Assembly (NCBI GenBank): GCA_045125935.1
Contig: JBGVNW010000056.1
Span: 715-64,714, forward strand
From: Bacilli bacterium
GTDB lineage: Bacteria; Bacillota_I; Bacilli_A; RF39; UBA660
Length of the DNA: 64,000 bases
Direction of reading: 5' to 3'
The notes under the pieces were generated by a model. The model was not told the DNA's origin, searched no databases, and worked only from the letters and a program-made list of their open reading frames with translations. Both the position numbers and the translations under genes were made by a program. This document shows positions 1 to 8,584 of the stretch, one piece after another. Position 1 is the first letter of the stretch. Each line of letters begins with the position of its first letter.

Positions 1-125
1 TTTTTGAAAAGAAAACAATACAAAGTAAAGCTGAAAAGAAAATTGCACAAATTGGTAAAAGTATTCCTGACATATTTTATCACCTATTGTGATTATATCA
101 TATTTTGTCGATTGAGAATACTAAT

Positions 126-1319
126 TTAAAATCTTCTTTGAAAGTCATTTTCTTGACGCATCTTTACTAACTGCTTGGCGTGTTTTACCGCCTCTTGATT
201 TTTTTCATTAGTTTCTAGGTTTGCAATTGGAGCAAACACTGTTTCTGGTAAAACTTTATATTTTGGTCTATAATCAGCACATAATTCTATTTCCTTATCA
301 TAGCGGGCTGCTGTTTGAACTCTTTTTTCTAAATGTTCTTCCCAAACTTCAGCATATGTTTTAAGTCTTCTAAATTCTGTTTCGTCAGATAGATTTAGAC
401 CTTTTGTATCTATGTCTGATTCTTCTAGGCGTTTTTTCATACCGAACTCTTCAAAACAACTGCTTTTTCCATATTGTTCCATCATCAACCAATACCAAGT
501 TGCTATTTTGTCTCTTAAAAACTCAAGACCTTCACGTTCTGTCATATTAGTCATATCTACTGGATCATCTACAACAGTATGGATTTCATTACCTGGAACT
601 TTTATAGATGTTTTATCTCTTTGATAATGAGCAATAGGAACAACTTTGCAGCCAGTTTCTTGAACCGCTCTATATATTCCTGGGTATAAGTCTAGTAGTA
701 GACGCTCTGGAGTCTTATTCCATACTCCCTCTGGAAATTCAAACATATCAGCACCATTTTTCATAACACCAATTTGTTTAGGAAGTGCTGCCCCTCTACT
801 TAATTTAACTTTTCTATTAGTTTGAACCACTCCATTTATATAGGCAGTTAATCCATCAATTGTATTGTAAAACTGTGGTAGGCTCCCAAATAAGATATAT
901 GAATGTCTCGCCACTAAAATAGAGGCTAGTGTATCATCTTTAAATGAGTGATTGGCAGTCCAAATAACAGGTTCTTGAGGAAGTATTATTCCTTTGTCAT
1001 CTTCAATAGTGTCAGCTGTTGGGTTCATCAAAAAATTTCTATTTTCGATTATTTGGGGATTTGTTAAAAATGAAGGACCTAATTTTTTTATAATCGGGTT
1101 TAGACTTCTTCTAATTGCAATTGCTGTTTTTGTTTGATCCTTAGTATTTTCTGGATCAAGCATACGTCCACAAATATTTATTAATACATAGAATAACCAT
1201 GATGGTTCTTCTCCACCAGTTAGATCTGTTAAACTAGTTATATGATCTTTATGCGTTTCTAAAACTTTAGCTAATTCTTTTTCTTTTAATTCTTCAATAT
1301 AATCTGTTATCTGTAGCAT
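126..1319 (-). CDS. PlsC/LPLAT-family acyltransferase (1-acylglycerol-3-phosphate acyltransferase-like)
   Basis: 397-aa ORF. It has the HX4D block (ANHSFKDD) and the FPEG block (FEFPEGVWN) in the canonical order. An AAGGAGG RBS lies about 10 nt upstream of the ATG, and the gene has its own consensus promoter. Confidence 0.7.
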   Translation of the reverse strand: MLQITDYIEELKEKELAKVLETHKDHITSLTDLTGGEEPSWLFYVLINICGRMLDPENTKDQTKTAIAIRRSLNPIIKKLGPSFLTNPQIIENRNFLMNPTADTIEDDKGIILPQEPVIWTANHSFKDDTLASILVARHSYILFGSLPQFYNTIDGLTAYINGVVQTNRKVKLSRGAALPKQIGVMKNGADMFEFPEGVWNKTPERLLLDLYPGIYRAVQETGCKVVPIAHYQRDKTSIKVPGNEIHTVVDDPVDMTNMTEREGLEFLRDKIATWYWLMMEQYGKSSCFEEFGMKKRLEESDIDTKGLNLSDETEFRRLKTYAEVWEEHLEKRVQTAARYDKEIELCADYRPKYKVLPETVFAPIANLETNEKNQEAVKHAKQLVKMRQENDFQRRF

Positions 1320-1356
1320 ATTTGATAACGCCTCCTTATTGCTTTAAAACGCCCAT

Positions 1357-1385
1357 ATTATATCATGTTTTGACTAAATTGTCAA
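1357..1385 (-). promoter_or_regulatory. Sigma-A type promoter of the acyltransferase gene
   Basis: On the minus strand: TTGACA (1380-1385), a 17-nt spacer, then TATAAT (1357-1362), followed by the AAGGAGG RBS and the ATG at 1319. Confidence 0.65.
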
Positions 1386-1444
1386 AACTATATCCAAACA
1401 GATGTTATTATCAAGCGAAAATTTCCTAACTATATCCAAACAGA
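1386..1444. repeat. Two perfect 17-nt direct repeats (AACTATATCCAAACAGA) 42 bp apart, upstream of the -35
   Basis: Copies lie at 1386-1402 and 1428-1444. The proximal copy abuts the -35 hexamer. The palindrome GTTTTGAC-N6-GTCAAAAC (1367-1388) overlaps the -35. Confidence 0.8.
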
Positions 1445-1466
1445 AAAAGGAATATTTTTCCTTTTA
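1438..1466 (-). terminator. Rho-independent terminator after the GT2+GT4 gene
   Basis: Minus strand reads AAAAGGAA-AAATA-TTCCTTTT followed by TCTGTTT. The stem overlaps the stop codon at 1464-1466. Confidence 0.6.
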
Positions 1467-3776
1467 ATTCATGTGATTTCTCATAATTAATTTATATACT
1501 AATTTTATACTTGCAGGAATTGATAAAGCAAAGTATTTTACTACTCTTAAGAATGTTTTTAATAATATCCATGCTTGCTTAATAAATTCTTTAATTATTC
1601 TTGCTTCTTTTTTACCATGACATCTATTTAACAAATTACTAATTCTTACACGTTGTGGATAAAATCTTCCTTTTGAACGAGTTTGATTATTTTCATCATA
1701 ATAAATATCAAATTTTGTTTCTAGATATGTCTTACAGTGAAAATAGTATGATTTATGAAGACTTTCAATAGCTAATTCATATTCAAGATAGTCGTTAGCT
1801 ATTTCTTTAGTATCTTTTTCATTAATAATTGCTTTTTCAATGATTGAAGAGAATTTTTTTGTCATATGATTTAATGTAAAGCCGTCTTCTACTTTTTTAC
1901 GACAATTCTTTTTTAGAACATTTAAATTATCAATTACTCTTATTATTTCATCACTATATAATTCTATTTCATTATCGTATTCTTCTTTGGTAGCATTTTC
2001 ATTATAGTGAACTATTCCACCTACAGATTTATCTATTAATTCTTTTTGACCTCCAACGTCAGTTGAGACTACTGGTACTCCCATCGCTAATGATTCATAA
2101 GAAGTAAGGGCTAGTCCTTCAAGAGATGAGCAATTAACAGTTATGTCACTAATTGCATACACTTCTTCACTTTCCTTTATCATTCCTAGCATTTTGAAAT
2201 TATTATTTATTCTACCAGAAACTTTATTTGCAAGAGGTCCATCACCAGCTATTACAAAAAATACGTCCTCTTTTTTGCTTAGTACTTTTTTTGCTATTTC
2301 TACAAACATTAATGGTCTTTTTTCATCAGATAGTCTAGCAATAAATGTAATTATTAGTTTATCTTTAGGTATTCCATATTTTTCTTTTAATTCGTCCTTA
2401 TTGTACTTTTTAGGATTGAATTTTTCTTCATCAGTTCCTATATATAAAGTTTCTACATTTTTCTTATTATAATTTTTTTCTAGTTGATTTTTAGTAAAGT
2501 TATTACAACTATATGTTCCAGATAAATACTTATCTACGTCTTGAGTACATCTTCCAAATCCTTCTCTTGGATCTTTTAGATCGACAGAATGAACATAATC
2601 TACAAATGGAATATGCGGGTATTTACCTTTTAAATATGGAATCATGTAATAGCCATATTGCGTATTACTTATTACTACTGCATCGATATTTCTTGATTCA
2701 ATAATATAGTCTGTAAAATTTAAATAAGCATCTCTTTCTAAAAAGGTAGACATATCATATACTTCTTTTGCATATTGTTCAAAATCTTGACGAAGAACAT
2801 TTTCATTTGGAGTTGTTGTTAAAACTATCGATTCATATTTACTTGGATCTAATCGTTTAATTAATTCTAAATTAAAGAGATCTGCTCCTCCAATTACCAT
2901 CCATGGGAAAATAAATAATATTCTTTTCTTCTTCTCTTTTTCATATTTTGGAAGAGTCATATCATATTCTTTTACTTTAGCAAATTGATTTCCTTCTCTT
3001 GGAAATTGGATAATTTCTACATCATTTTTTATTTTAGCAGCTGTTTCATTAACATAACGCATTGCATTTTCATTGTTCTTTTTAGCTCTTGAAAATTCTC
3101 CTGTGTTACTTACTCTGTACCAAAATAATGGAGCATTTACTCTAATTGGTTTCTTTCCCTTTTCAAGTAGTTTTAACCATAAATTCCAATCTTCATACAT
3201 TGCTTTTTCTTTAATACCAAAGCATCCTACTTCTAATAAATCTTCTTTTCTAATCATTGAACTTATACAGATTAGATTTTCGATTTTTTGTTGCTCTACT
3301 GTTAAATATCTTTCCCATAGGAATTCTTTATCACCAAAGTTCACCATTTTTGTATAAGCAAAAGATGCATCTTTATGGGTTTCTAAAGTCCAATATAAGC
3401 ATTCTAACATAGTCTTATCAGGAATATCATCACAGTCTAAGAAGAAAATATACTTTGTTTCTTTACTTGCTTTTCCTATACCAAAGTCTCTCGCAACTGA
3501 TGGTCCACCATTTTCCTTGTGAAAGACTTTAATTCTTTTATCCATCTTTTCTAATTCTGCTAGTTTTTTTAGTGAACTTTCATCCTTAGAACCATCATCT
3601 ACAATTAACCATTCAAAATATGGATATGTTTGATTGAATACAGCGTTTGCTGTTTCCATAAGTGTTTTTCCACCATTATAAAATGGAGTTACTATGCTGA
3701 TAGTTGGTTTTTCATTATTATTAATTACAGTTCCAGCTTTTTCTAATCTTTGTCCTGGTTTTTTACTATAATCCAT
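1464..3776 (-). CDS. Two-domain glycosyltransferase (N-terminal GT2, C-terminal GT4)
   Basis: GT2 motifs are ISIVTPFYNG, WLIVDDGSKD and FLDCDD. The GT4 EX7E region is SLEGLALTSYESLAMGVPVVSTDVGG. I moved the start to ATG 3776, which is preceded by GAGGTG. The track start at 3794 is a TTG inside the upstream gene. Confidence 0.8.
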   Translation of the reverse strand: MDYSKKPGQRLEKAGTVINNNEKPTISIVTPFYNGGKTLMETANAVFNQTYPYFEWLIVDDGSKDESSLKKLAELEKMDKRIKVFHKENGGPSVARDFGIGKASKETKYIFFLDCDDIPDKTMLECLYWTLETHKDASFAYTKMVNFGDKEFLWERYLTVEQQKIENLICISSMIRKEDLLEVGCFGIKEKAMYEDWNLWLKLLEKGKKPIRVNAPLFWYRVSNTGEFSRAKKNNENAMRYVNETAAKIKNDVEIIQFPREGNQFAKVKEYDMTLPKYEKEKKKRILFIFPWMVIGGADLFNLELIKRLDPSKYESIVLTTTPNENVLRQDFEQYAKEVYDMSTFLERDAYLNFTDYIIESRNIDAVVISNTQYGYYMIPYLKGKYPHIPFVDYVHSVDLKDPREGFGRCTQDVDKYLSGTYSCNNFTKNQLEKNYNKKNVETLYIGTDEEKFNPKKYNKDELKEKYGIPKDKLIITFIARLSDEKRPLMFVEIAKKVLSKKEDVFFVIAGDGPLANKVSGRINNNFKMLGMIKESEEVYAISDITVNCSSLEGLALTSYESLAMGVPVVSTDVGGQKELIDKSVGGIVHYNENATKEEYDNEIELYSDEIIRVIDNLNVLKKNCRKKVEDGFTLNHMTKKFSSIIEKAIINEKDTKEIANDYLEYELAIESLHKSYYFHCKTYLETKFDIYYDENNQTRSKGRFYPQRVRISNLLNRCHGKKEARIIKEFIKQAWILLKTFLRVVKYFALSIPASIKLVYKLIMRNHMN

Positions 3777-3777
3777 T

Positions 3778-6180
3778 CTATTCACCTCTTCCAAGTTTTC
3801 TTATTTTTTGCAAAGTATTAAATAATTTATCGATCATTTTCCATCTTTTACTATTTTTTATTTGAGATATTTCATTTTCTACTCTTAATGCCTCTTCTTT
3901 TAATAGTTTATTTTCTTCATTTATTAGTTCAATATAGGAACTTGTAAATGAACTGTTACTTATTTTTATTAACATTGTATCTCTTTCTTTAGGTCTTACA
4001 ACCGCAGTTTTTATTTGTGGGTTATATTTTTCCATTCCTTCTTTATCACCCATTGTATAAGTTACCTTATCAAAAAAGTTAATTTTCTTTAGAAAGTTTT
4101 GTCCCTTTTTAGAATTTACAATTAAAGCACTAATACCGTTTTGATCAAGGAAAGATGGAATGGTAACTTCAATACCCCAATAATCACCAATAATAATATC
4201 AGCTAGATTATTATCTCCTTTATATTTGCATTCATGGCAGGATTCTCTTAAAATATTGTTTTTTAAGTATTGTATCATTAATGGGTCTTCTGTGAATTCT
4301 TTTACATATTCTTTTTCATCTATCTTATATTTTATTGATGAGCAAGTCCAACCATTTCCTTTTACTCTGAAATGAAAGTTATTAATATTACCATTATTAG
4401 TTAATTCTAATTCATTAATATATTTCTTCAAAATCTCATCATTTAAGACACCATGACATACTACAGATACTGTAATTAAATTAGAATAGTCTTGTTTAAG
4501 ATATGCCTTTATGGCACCAATTTGACAAGGTGTTCCACTAAATAGAACTACTCTTTTACTATCTAAGTCTTTTTTTACTTTAGCTAATATATCAAAAATG
4601 TTACTTTGAATATATTTAGAACCACGTATTTTTTCTAAATCCTTTTTATTACTAATTCTTATGTGAGTTGCTTTATAATCTTTCATTTCACAGCCATAGA
4701 CAATACCATTTTCTTTTAAAACAGATTTTGCCAATATAGAGAATATTCCTCCTGATGTACTATTTTTTTGTTCATCAGTATTGTTATTTTTAGCAGCATA
4801 ATATTCTTTTTCAAATTTATTTTCTTTATTCTTTATATTTATTGGACAATTTTTTCTACATAAATTACACTTAATACACTTATCTTTATTTATTTTTGGA
4901 TAAATATATCCTTCTTTATCTTTAACTAAAGTAATGGCATTTTTAGGACATAATCCTGCACATACACCACAACCTAGACATTTGTTTCTATCACATATTT
5001 TTTCATGATCTTGGTTGTTTAATTTTTCAATTACCCTTTCAAATATGTTTTTGGAATTGGTTATTAAATATTCATGCTTTTCAGCTAAAGTTTCTTTTAT
5101 TTTAATTTTATTATCATTAATAAAATTAAATTTTTCGATTAAAATTTTTTCTGTTATTTCACTACTTGGAATAACATAGTTATTATATGTTCCAAATAAG
5201 TCTTTAGCAATACCTTTAGATTTTACACTATAACCAATTACAAGGGTTGGAATAGATTGTGAATATGCCGCGATTGAGGCATGTGTTCTGGCAGCAATTA
5301 ATATTTCACATTTAGAAATAATATATTTTAATTCATTACAATTATAATAACTCGTTTCTAAATATATTCTTTCTTCTTTTTTATATTGACCTTTTAATTT
5401 CTTTAATATCGTTAAATCATTAGAATTGTCTGATGTTACGTGTGGAAGCAATAATATTGAGTATTTTGTTTTTTTCAATATGTGATCAATTAAATTACAA
5501 ACAGCTTTGTATTGATGATCATTTTTTATTGTTAGTGGGCTTAAATTTATAGCTACTATTTTTCTTTCTTTATACCATTTGTTTAATTTTACTTCTTTTG
5601 GTTCTAGTGAAAACGCTGGATCTGGTGCCAAGATAATTTTTTCTTCAGGAACATATTTACGAACAGCATTATAAGATAGGCTTTCACGAATTACTAAAAC
5701 ATCGAAGTTTTTCAAATTTTTGATTAGTTCAATATCATCTAATTCTTCATATAAAGATGCTCCCCAAAGTACTGTTTTTTTGTTTTCATTATGTGATTTT
5801 TTATCTAGTGCATATAACCATGTACAAAAGTCATAGCAGTAATTATCTCGTCCAACTGAAATACATATATCACTTTTTTCTAATTCATCAACAACTTCAT
5901 TCTGATATAGTAATTCAAAGTTATTGTAGTCAAAGGGAATACTTTGGTAGTATTCTTCTAGTTTTTTTTCTGATTCAGTTAGCTCATTTGATTTTTTATA
6001 ATGTTTAATATATTTTTTAATTCTATCAGTATAAAAATTCTGATTATACTCATGATCGTGACTCGCAAGAGAAATTACATAGTCCTTTTTATCAATTTGT
6101 TTTATTGTAGATTGTACAATTGCTTCTACACCTTTATTCTTATATGTATCCACGCCATATAATAGTATTTTTTTCTTCAT
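3778..6180 (-). CDS. Fusion protein: polysaccharide pyruvyl transferase + 2x[4Fe-4S] ferredoxin + FrhB/FdhB-like (F420 hydrogenase beta-like) domain
   Basis: The N-terminal half is WcaK/CsaB-like (AARTHASIAAYSQSIPTLVIGYSVKSKG). Cys clusters are CLGCGVCAGLCP and CIKCNLCRKNCP. The C-terminal half has STSGGIF, FSGTPCQIGA and CHECKY...IIGDYWG. The start is either ATG 6180 or TTG 6192. Confidence 0.75.
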   Translation of the reverse strand: MKKKILLYGVDTYKNKGVEAIVQSTIKQIDKKDYVISLASHDHEYNQNFYTDRIKKYIKHYKKSNELTESEKKLEEYYQSIPFDYNNFELLYQNEVVDELEKSDICISVGRDNYCYDFCTWLYALDKKSHNENKKTVLWGASLYEELDDIELIKNLKNFDVLVIRESLSYNAVRKYVPEEKIILAPDPAFSLEPKEVKLNKWYKERKIVAINLSPLTIKNDHQYKAVCNLIDHILKKTKYSILLLPHVTSDNSNDLTILKKLKGQYKKEERIYLETSYYNCNELKYIISKCEILIAARTHASIAAYSQSIPTLVIGYSVKSKGIAKDLFGTYNNYVIPSSEITEKILIEKFNFINDNKIKIKETLAEKHEYLITNSKNIFERVIEKLNNQDHEKICDRNKCLGCGVCAGLCPKNAITLVKDKEGYIYPKINKDKCIKCNLCRKNCPINIKNKENKFEKEYYAAKNNNTDEQKNSTSGGIFSILAKSVLKENGIVYGCEMKDYKATHIRISNKKDLEKIRGSKYIQSNIFDILAKVKKDLDSKRVVLFSGTPCQIGAIKAYLKQDYSNLITVSVVCHGVLNDEILKKYINELELTNNGNINNFHFRVKGNGWTCSSIKYKIDEKEYVKEFTEDPLMIQYLKNNILRESCHECKYKGDNNLADIIIGDYWGIEVTIPSFLDQNGISALIVNSKKGQNFLKKINFFDKVTYTMGDKEGMEKYNPQIKTAVVRPKERDTMLIKISNSSFTSSYIELINEENKLLKEEALRVENEISQIKNSKRWKMIDKLFNTLQKIRKLGRGE

Positions 6181-6240
6181 ATATTCATCCAACCTTTACC
6201 TTATTCTAATTTAATTATAGCAAAAGCAACGAATATATAA

Positions 6241-6266
6241 AAGAAAAAACACCTTTTTTGGTGTTT
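6241..6266 (-). terminator. Rho-independent terminator directly after the ABC permease gene
   Basis: Minus strand reads AAACACC-AAAAAA-GGTGTTT followed by TTTCTT. Confidence 0.65.
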
Positions 6267-7039
6267 TATAGTTCCTCAACAAAGCTTTTTTCTAATTTTT
6301 TGAATATTAAATATCCTATGATTAAAATTAATAAGCTACCAAATCCCCAGATAATTAGCATTTTCATATCTGGTAATTGATGATAATAAAGTATTGCTCT
6401 ATAGGCTTCTACTAATTGAGCCATCGGATTAAGTTTTAAAAATATTTGAAATTTATCAGGTAACATGCTGCCTAAGTAAACTATTGGAGTTGCATAAAAT
6501 CCTAACATTAGGATGACGCTTACAAAATGAGACACATCTCTTACAAAAACTGTTAATGCTGATAATATAAATGTTAAACCTAAAGTAAGCATATATTGTA
6601 TTAGTACTAATACTGGAAATAACAATAAATGAATAGAAAATCCTACTCCACTAAAAATAATAAATACAGCAACAATGATACATGTAATTAAAAAGTTAAT
6701 TAATTGACTTGTTGTAATAGAAATTGGAATAATTTCTCTTGGAAAGTAGACTTTCTTTAAAATATTACCATTAGCAACAACACTACCAGTACCTGTTTGG
6801 ATAGCTGTTGTGAAAAAATTCCATGGTATTAAGGCTACAATCATAAAAATTGTATAATTTTCTACATCAACTCTTAAAATATATGGAAATACAAAGGCGT
6901 ATACAGCAAGCATTAATAAAGGATTTAAGAACGTCCATAATACACCTAGCCAAGATCCTTTATATTTACCTCTTACTTCTTTTTTAATATTAGTTTTTAA
7001 GAGTTCTCGATAATTGTATAATTCTTTAAATACTCTCAT
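6266..7039 (-). CDS. ABC-2 type polysaccharide/teichoic-acid export permease (Wzm/TagG-like)
   Basis: Six predicted TM segments and an ABC-2 permease-like N-terminus (KGSWLGVLWTFLNPLL). It is translationally coupled to the upstream ATPase gene. I moved the start to ATG 7039, preceded by AGGTGA; the track GTG at 7048 lies inside that SD. Confidence 0.75.
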   Translation of the reverse strand: MRVFKELYNYRELLKTNIKKEVRGKYKGSWLGVLWTFLNPLLMLAVYAFVFPYILRVDVENYTIFMIVALIPWNFFTTAIQTGTGSVVANGNILKKVYFPREIIPISITTSQLINFLITCIIVAVFIIFSGVGFSIHLLLFPVLVLIQYMLTLGLTFILSALTVFVRDVSHFVSVILMLGFYATPIVYLGSMLPDKFQIFLKLNPMAQLVEAYRAILYYHQLPDMKMLIIWGFGSLLILIIGYLIFKKLEKSFVEEL

Positions 7040-7044
7040 TCTTA

Positions 7045-7788
7045 TCACCTACAAACCTTTAAGTACTCTTCTAGAACGTCGGTAACTTTTCCATCCATTT
7101 TTACTTCACCTTTGTATAGCCAAACTGCTCTATCACAAAATTGTTTTACTTGTTCCATACTGTGAGATACTATAACAATTGTTTTTCCTGATTTCTTTAA
7201 ATCTTTTAACTTTTTGAAACATTTTTCTTGAAAATGTTGATCTCCTACAGCTAAGATTTCATCAATTAATAATATTTCTGCTTGAACATTTATCGCAACA
7301 GAGAAAGCTAGACGCATATACATACCAGAGGAATAAGTTCTAACTGGATTATCAATAAATTCTTCTAGTTCAGAAAATGCAATTATTTCGTCTATTTTTT
7401 CATCAATTTCTTTTCGTGTTAAACCAAAAATAGAGGCATTAAAATAGATATTTTCTCTACCAGTAAAATCATCATGAAAACCAGCACCTAGTTCTAGTAA
7501 AGATGTTAGTTTACCATTTGTTGTAATTTTGCCTTTTGTTGGATAAATTATTTTAGTCATTAATTTTAGTAATGTTGATTTCCCACTACCATTTGTACCA
7601 ATTAAGGCTACACTTTCACCCTTTTTAATGTTAAGATTAATGTCCTTTAAAACATGGTGAATATCATTTTTACTTCTATTTTTTTTAGAGAAAAATAATA
7701 TTTTCTCTTTTAGTGTATTAGCTTTATCATAATAAAGTTTAAAATCTTTTGATACATGACTTACTTTTATCGCTACATCTTTTTCCAC
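7045..7788 (-). CDS. ABC exporter ATP-binding protein (Wzt/TagH-like, short form)
   Basis: Walker A is GTNGSGKST, the signature is YSSGMYMRLAF and Walker B is LLIDEILAVGD. GTG start with an AGAGAGG RBS. Confidence 0.8.
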   Translation of the reverse strand: MEKDVAIKVSHVSKDFKLYYDKANTLKEKILFFSKKNRSKNDIHHVLKDINLNIKKGESVALIGTNGSGKSTLLKLMTKIIYPTKGKITTNGKLTSLLELGAGFHDDFTGRENIYFNASIFGLTRKEIDEKIDEIIAFSELEEFIDNPVRTYSSGMYMRLAFSVAINVQAEILLIDEILAVGDQHFQEKCFKKLKDLKKSGKTIVIVSHSMEQVKQFCDRAVWLYKGEVKMDGKVTDVLEEYLKVCR

Positions 7789-7817
7789 AAAAAATTACCT
7801 CTCTTTTTTGAATTTTT

Positions 7818-7846
7818 ATTATACATTAATTTTATACATTTGTAAA
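7818..7846 (-). promoter_or_regulatory. Promoter of the ABC exporter pair
   Basis: Minus strand: TTTACA (7841-7846), a 17-nt spacer, then TATAAT (7818-7823). Confidence 0.55.
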
Positions 7847-7848
7847 AT

Positions 7849-8559
7849 CTAGTAAATATATCTTAATAATATAGATGTCATTTTTATATATCCTTTGTTT
7901 GAAGGATGTAGACCATCATTTGTATAATTCTTATCAAAGTTTCCATTTTCATCAATGAACTCATCGTACGTATTTATATATGTCACTTCATTAGCTTCAC
8001 AATATTTTTTCATTGCTGCATTTACTTCTAATATTTCATCATTATATCTTTCTTCAGCAGCATGATATTTTAATTCTCTGTTTACTGGCAAAATTGATTG
8101 CAAATAAATTTCAGTATTTGGTCTATTCTTTTTTATTTCTGTAATTATTTTCTTTATATTTTTAATGACATCTTCTTCAGAATCATCTTCATATTTTAAA
8201 TCATTAGTACCTATTAATATAAAGACTTTGGTTGGATTATATTGATATACCATTTTATCCATTCTACTTAAAATATCAGTAGTTTCATAGCCTGCAATGC
8301 CACTATTAACAATAGGTATATCTGATGCATACATTTCCTCAAACGGATACCAGTCTGTAATAGAATCTCCTAGAAAAACAATATTTTCATATTTTAAATC
8401 TTTTTCTTGCTCTTGAACAATAATAGATGTATCTTCTATTTTACAAGTATCTTTTATTAAAAGAAGAAGGATAATTGATACTAATAACAAAACATTAATT
8501 ACTATTAGTATAGGTACTTGATAATTATTCTTTCTTTTTGTCTTTTTATTCTTTTTCAT
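7849..8559 (-). CDS. Membrane-anchored SGNH/GDSL hydrolase (putative polysaccharide O-acetyl esterase/transferase domain)
   Basis: N-terminal TM anchor. The SGNH blocks are FLGDSITD, GTNDL and DGLHPS. Confidence 0.75.
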   Translation of the reverse strand: MKKNKKTKRKNNYQVPILIVINVLLLVSIILLLLIKDTCKIEDTSIIVQEQEKDLKYENIVFLGDSITDWYPFEEMYASDIPIVNSGIAGYETTDILSRMDKMVYQYNPTKVFILIGTNDLKYEDDSEEDVIKNIKKIITEIKKNRPNTEIYLQSILPVNRELKYHAAEERYNDEILEVNAAMKKYCEANEVTYINTYDEFIDENGNFDKNYTNDGLHPSNKGYIKMTSILLRYIY

Positions 8560-8584
8560 TTTTTCACTTCCATTATGGATTATA

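Noticed and set aside
3-92. A possible 3' end of a plus-strand gene (...FEKKTIQSKAEKKIAQIGKSIPDIFYHLL-stop).
   Set aside because: Only 29 codons are visible, there is no motif, and another frame is also open. It cannot be supported from this window.
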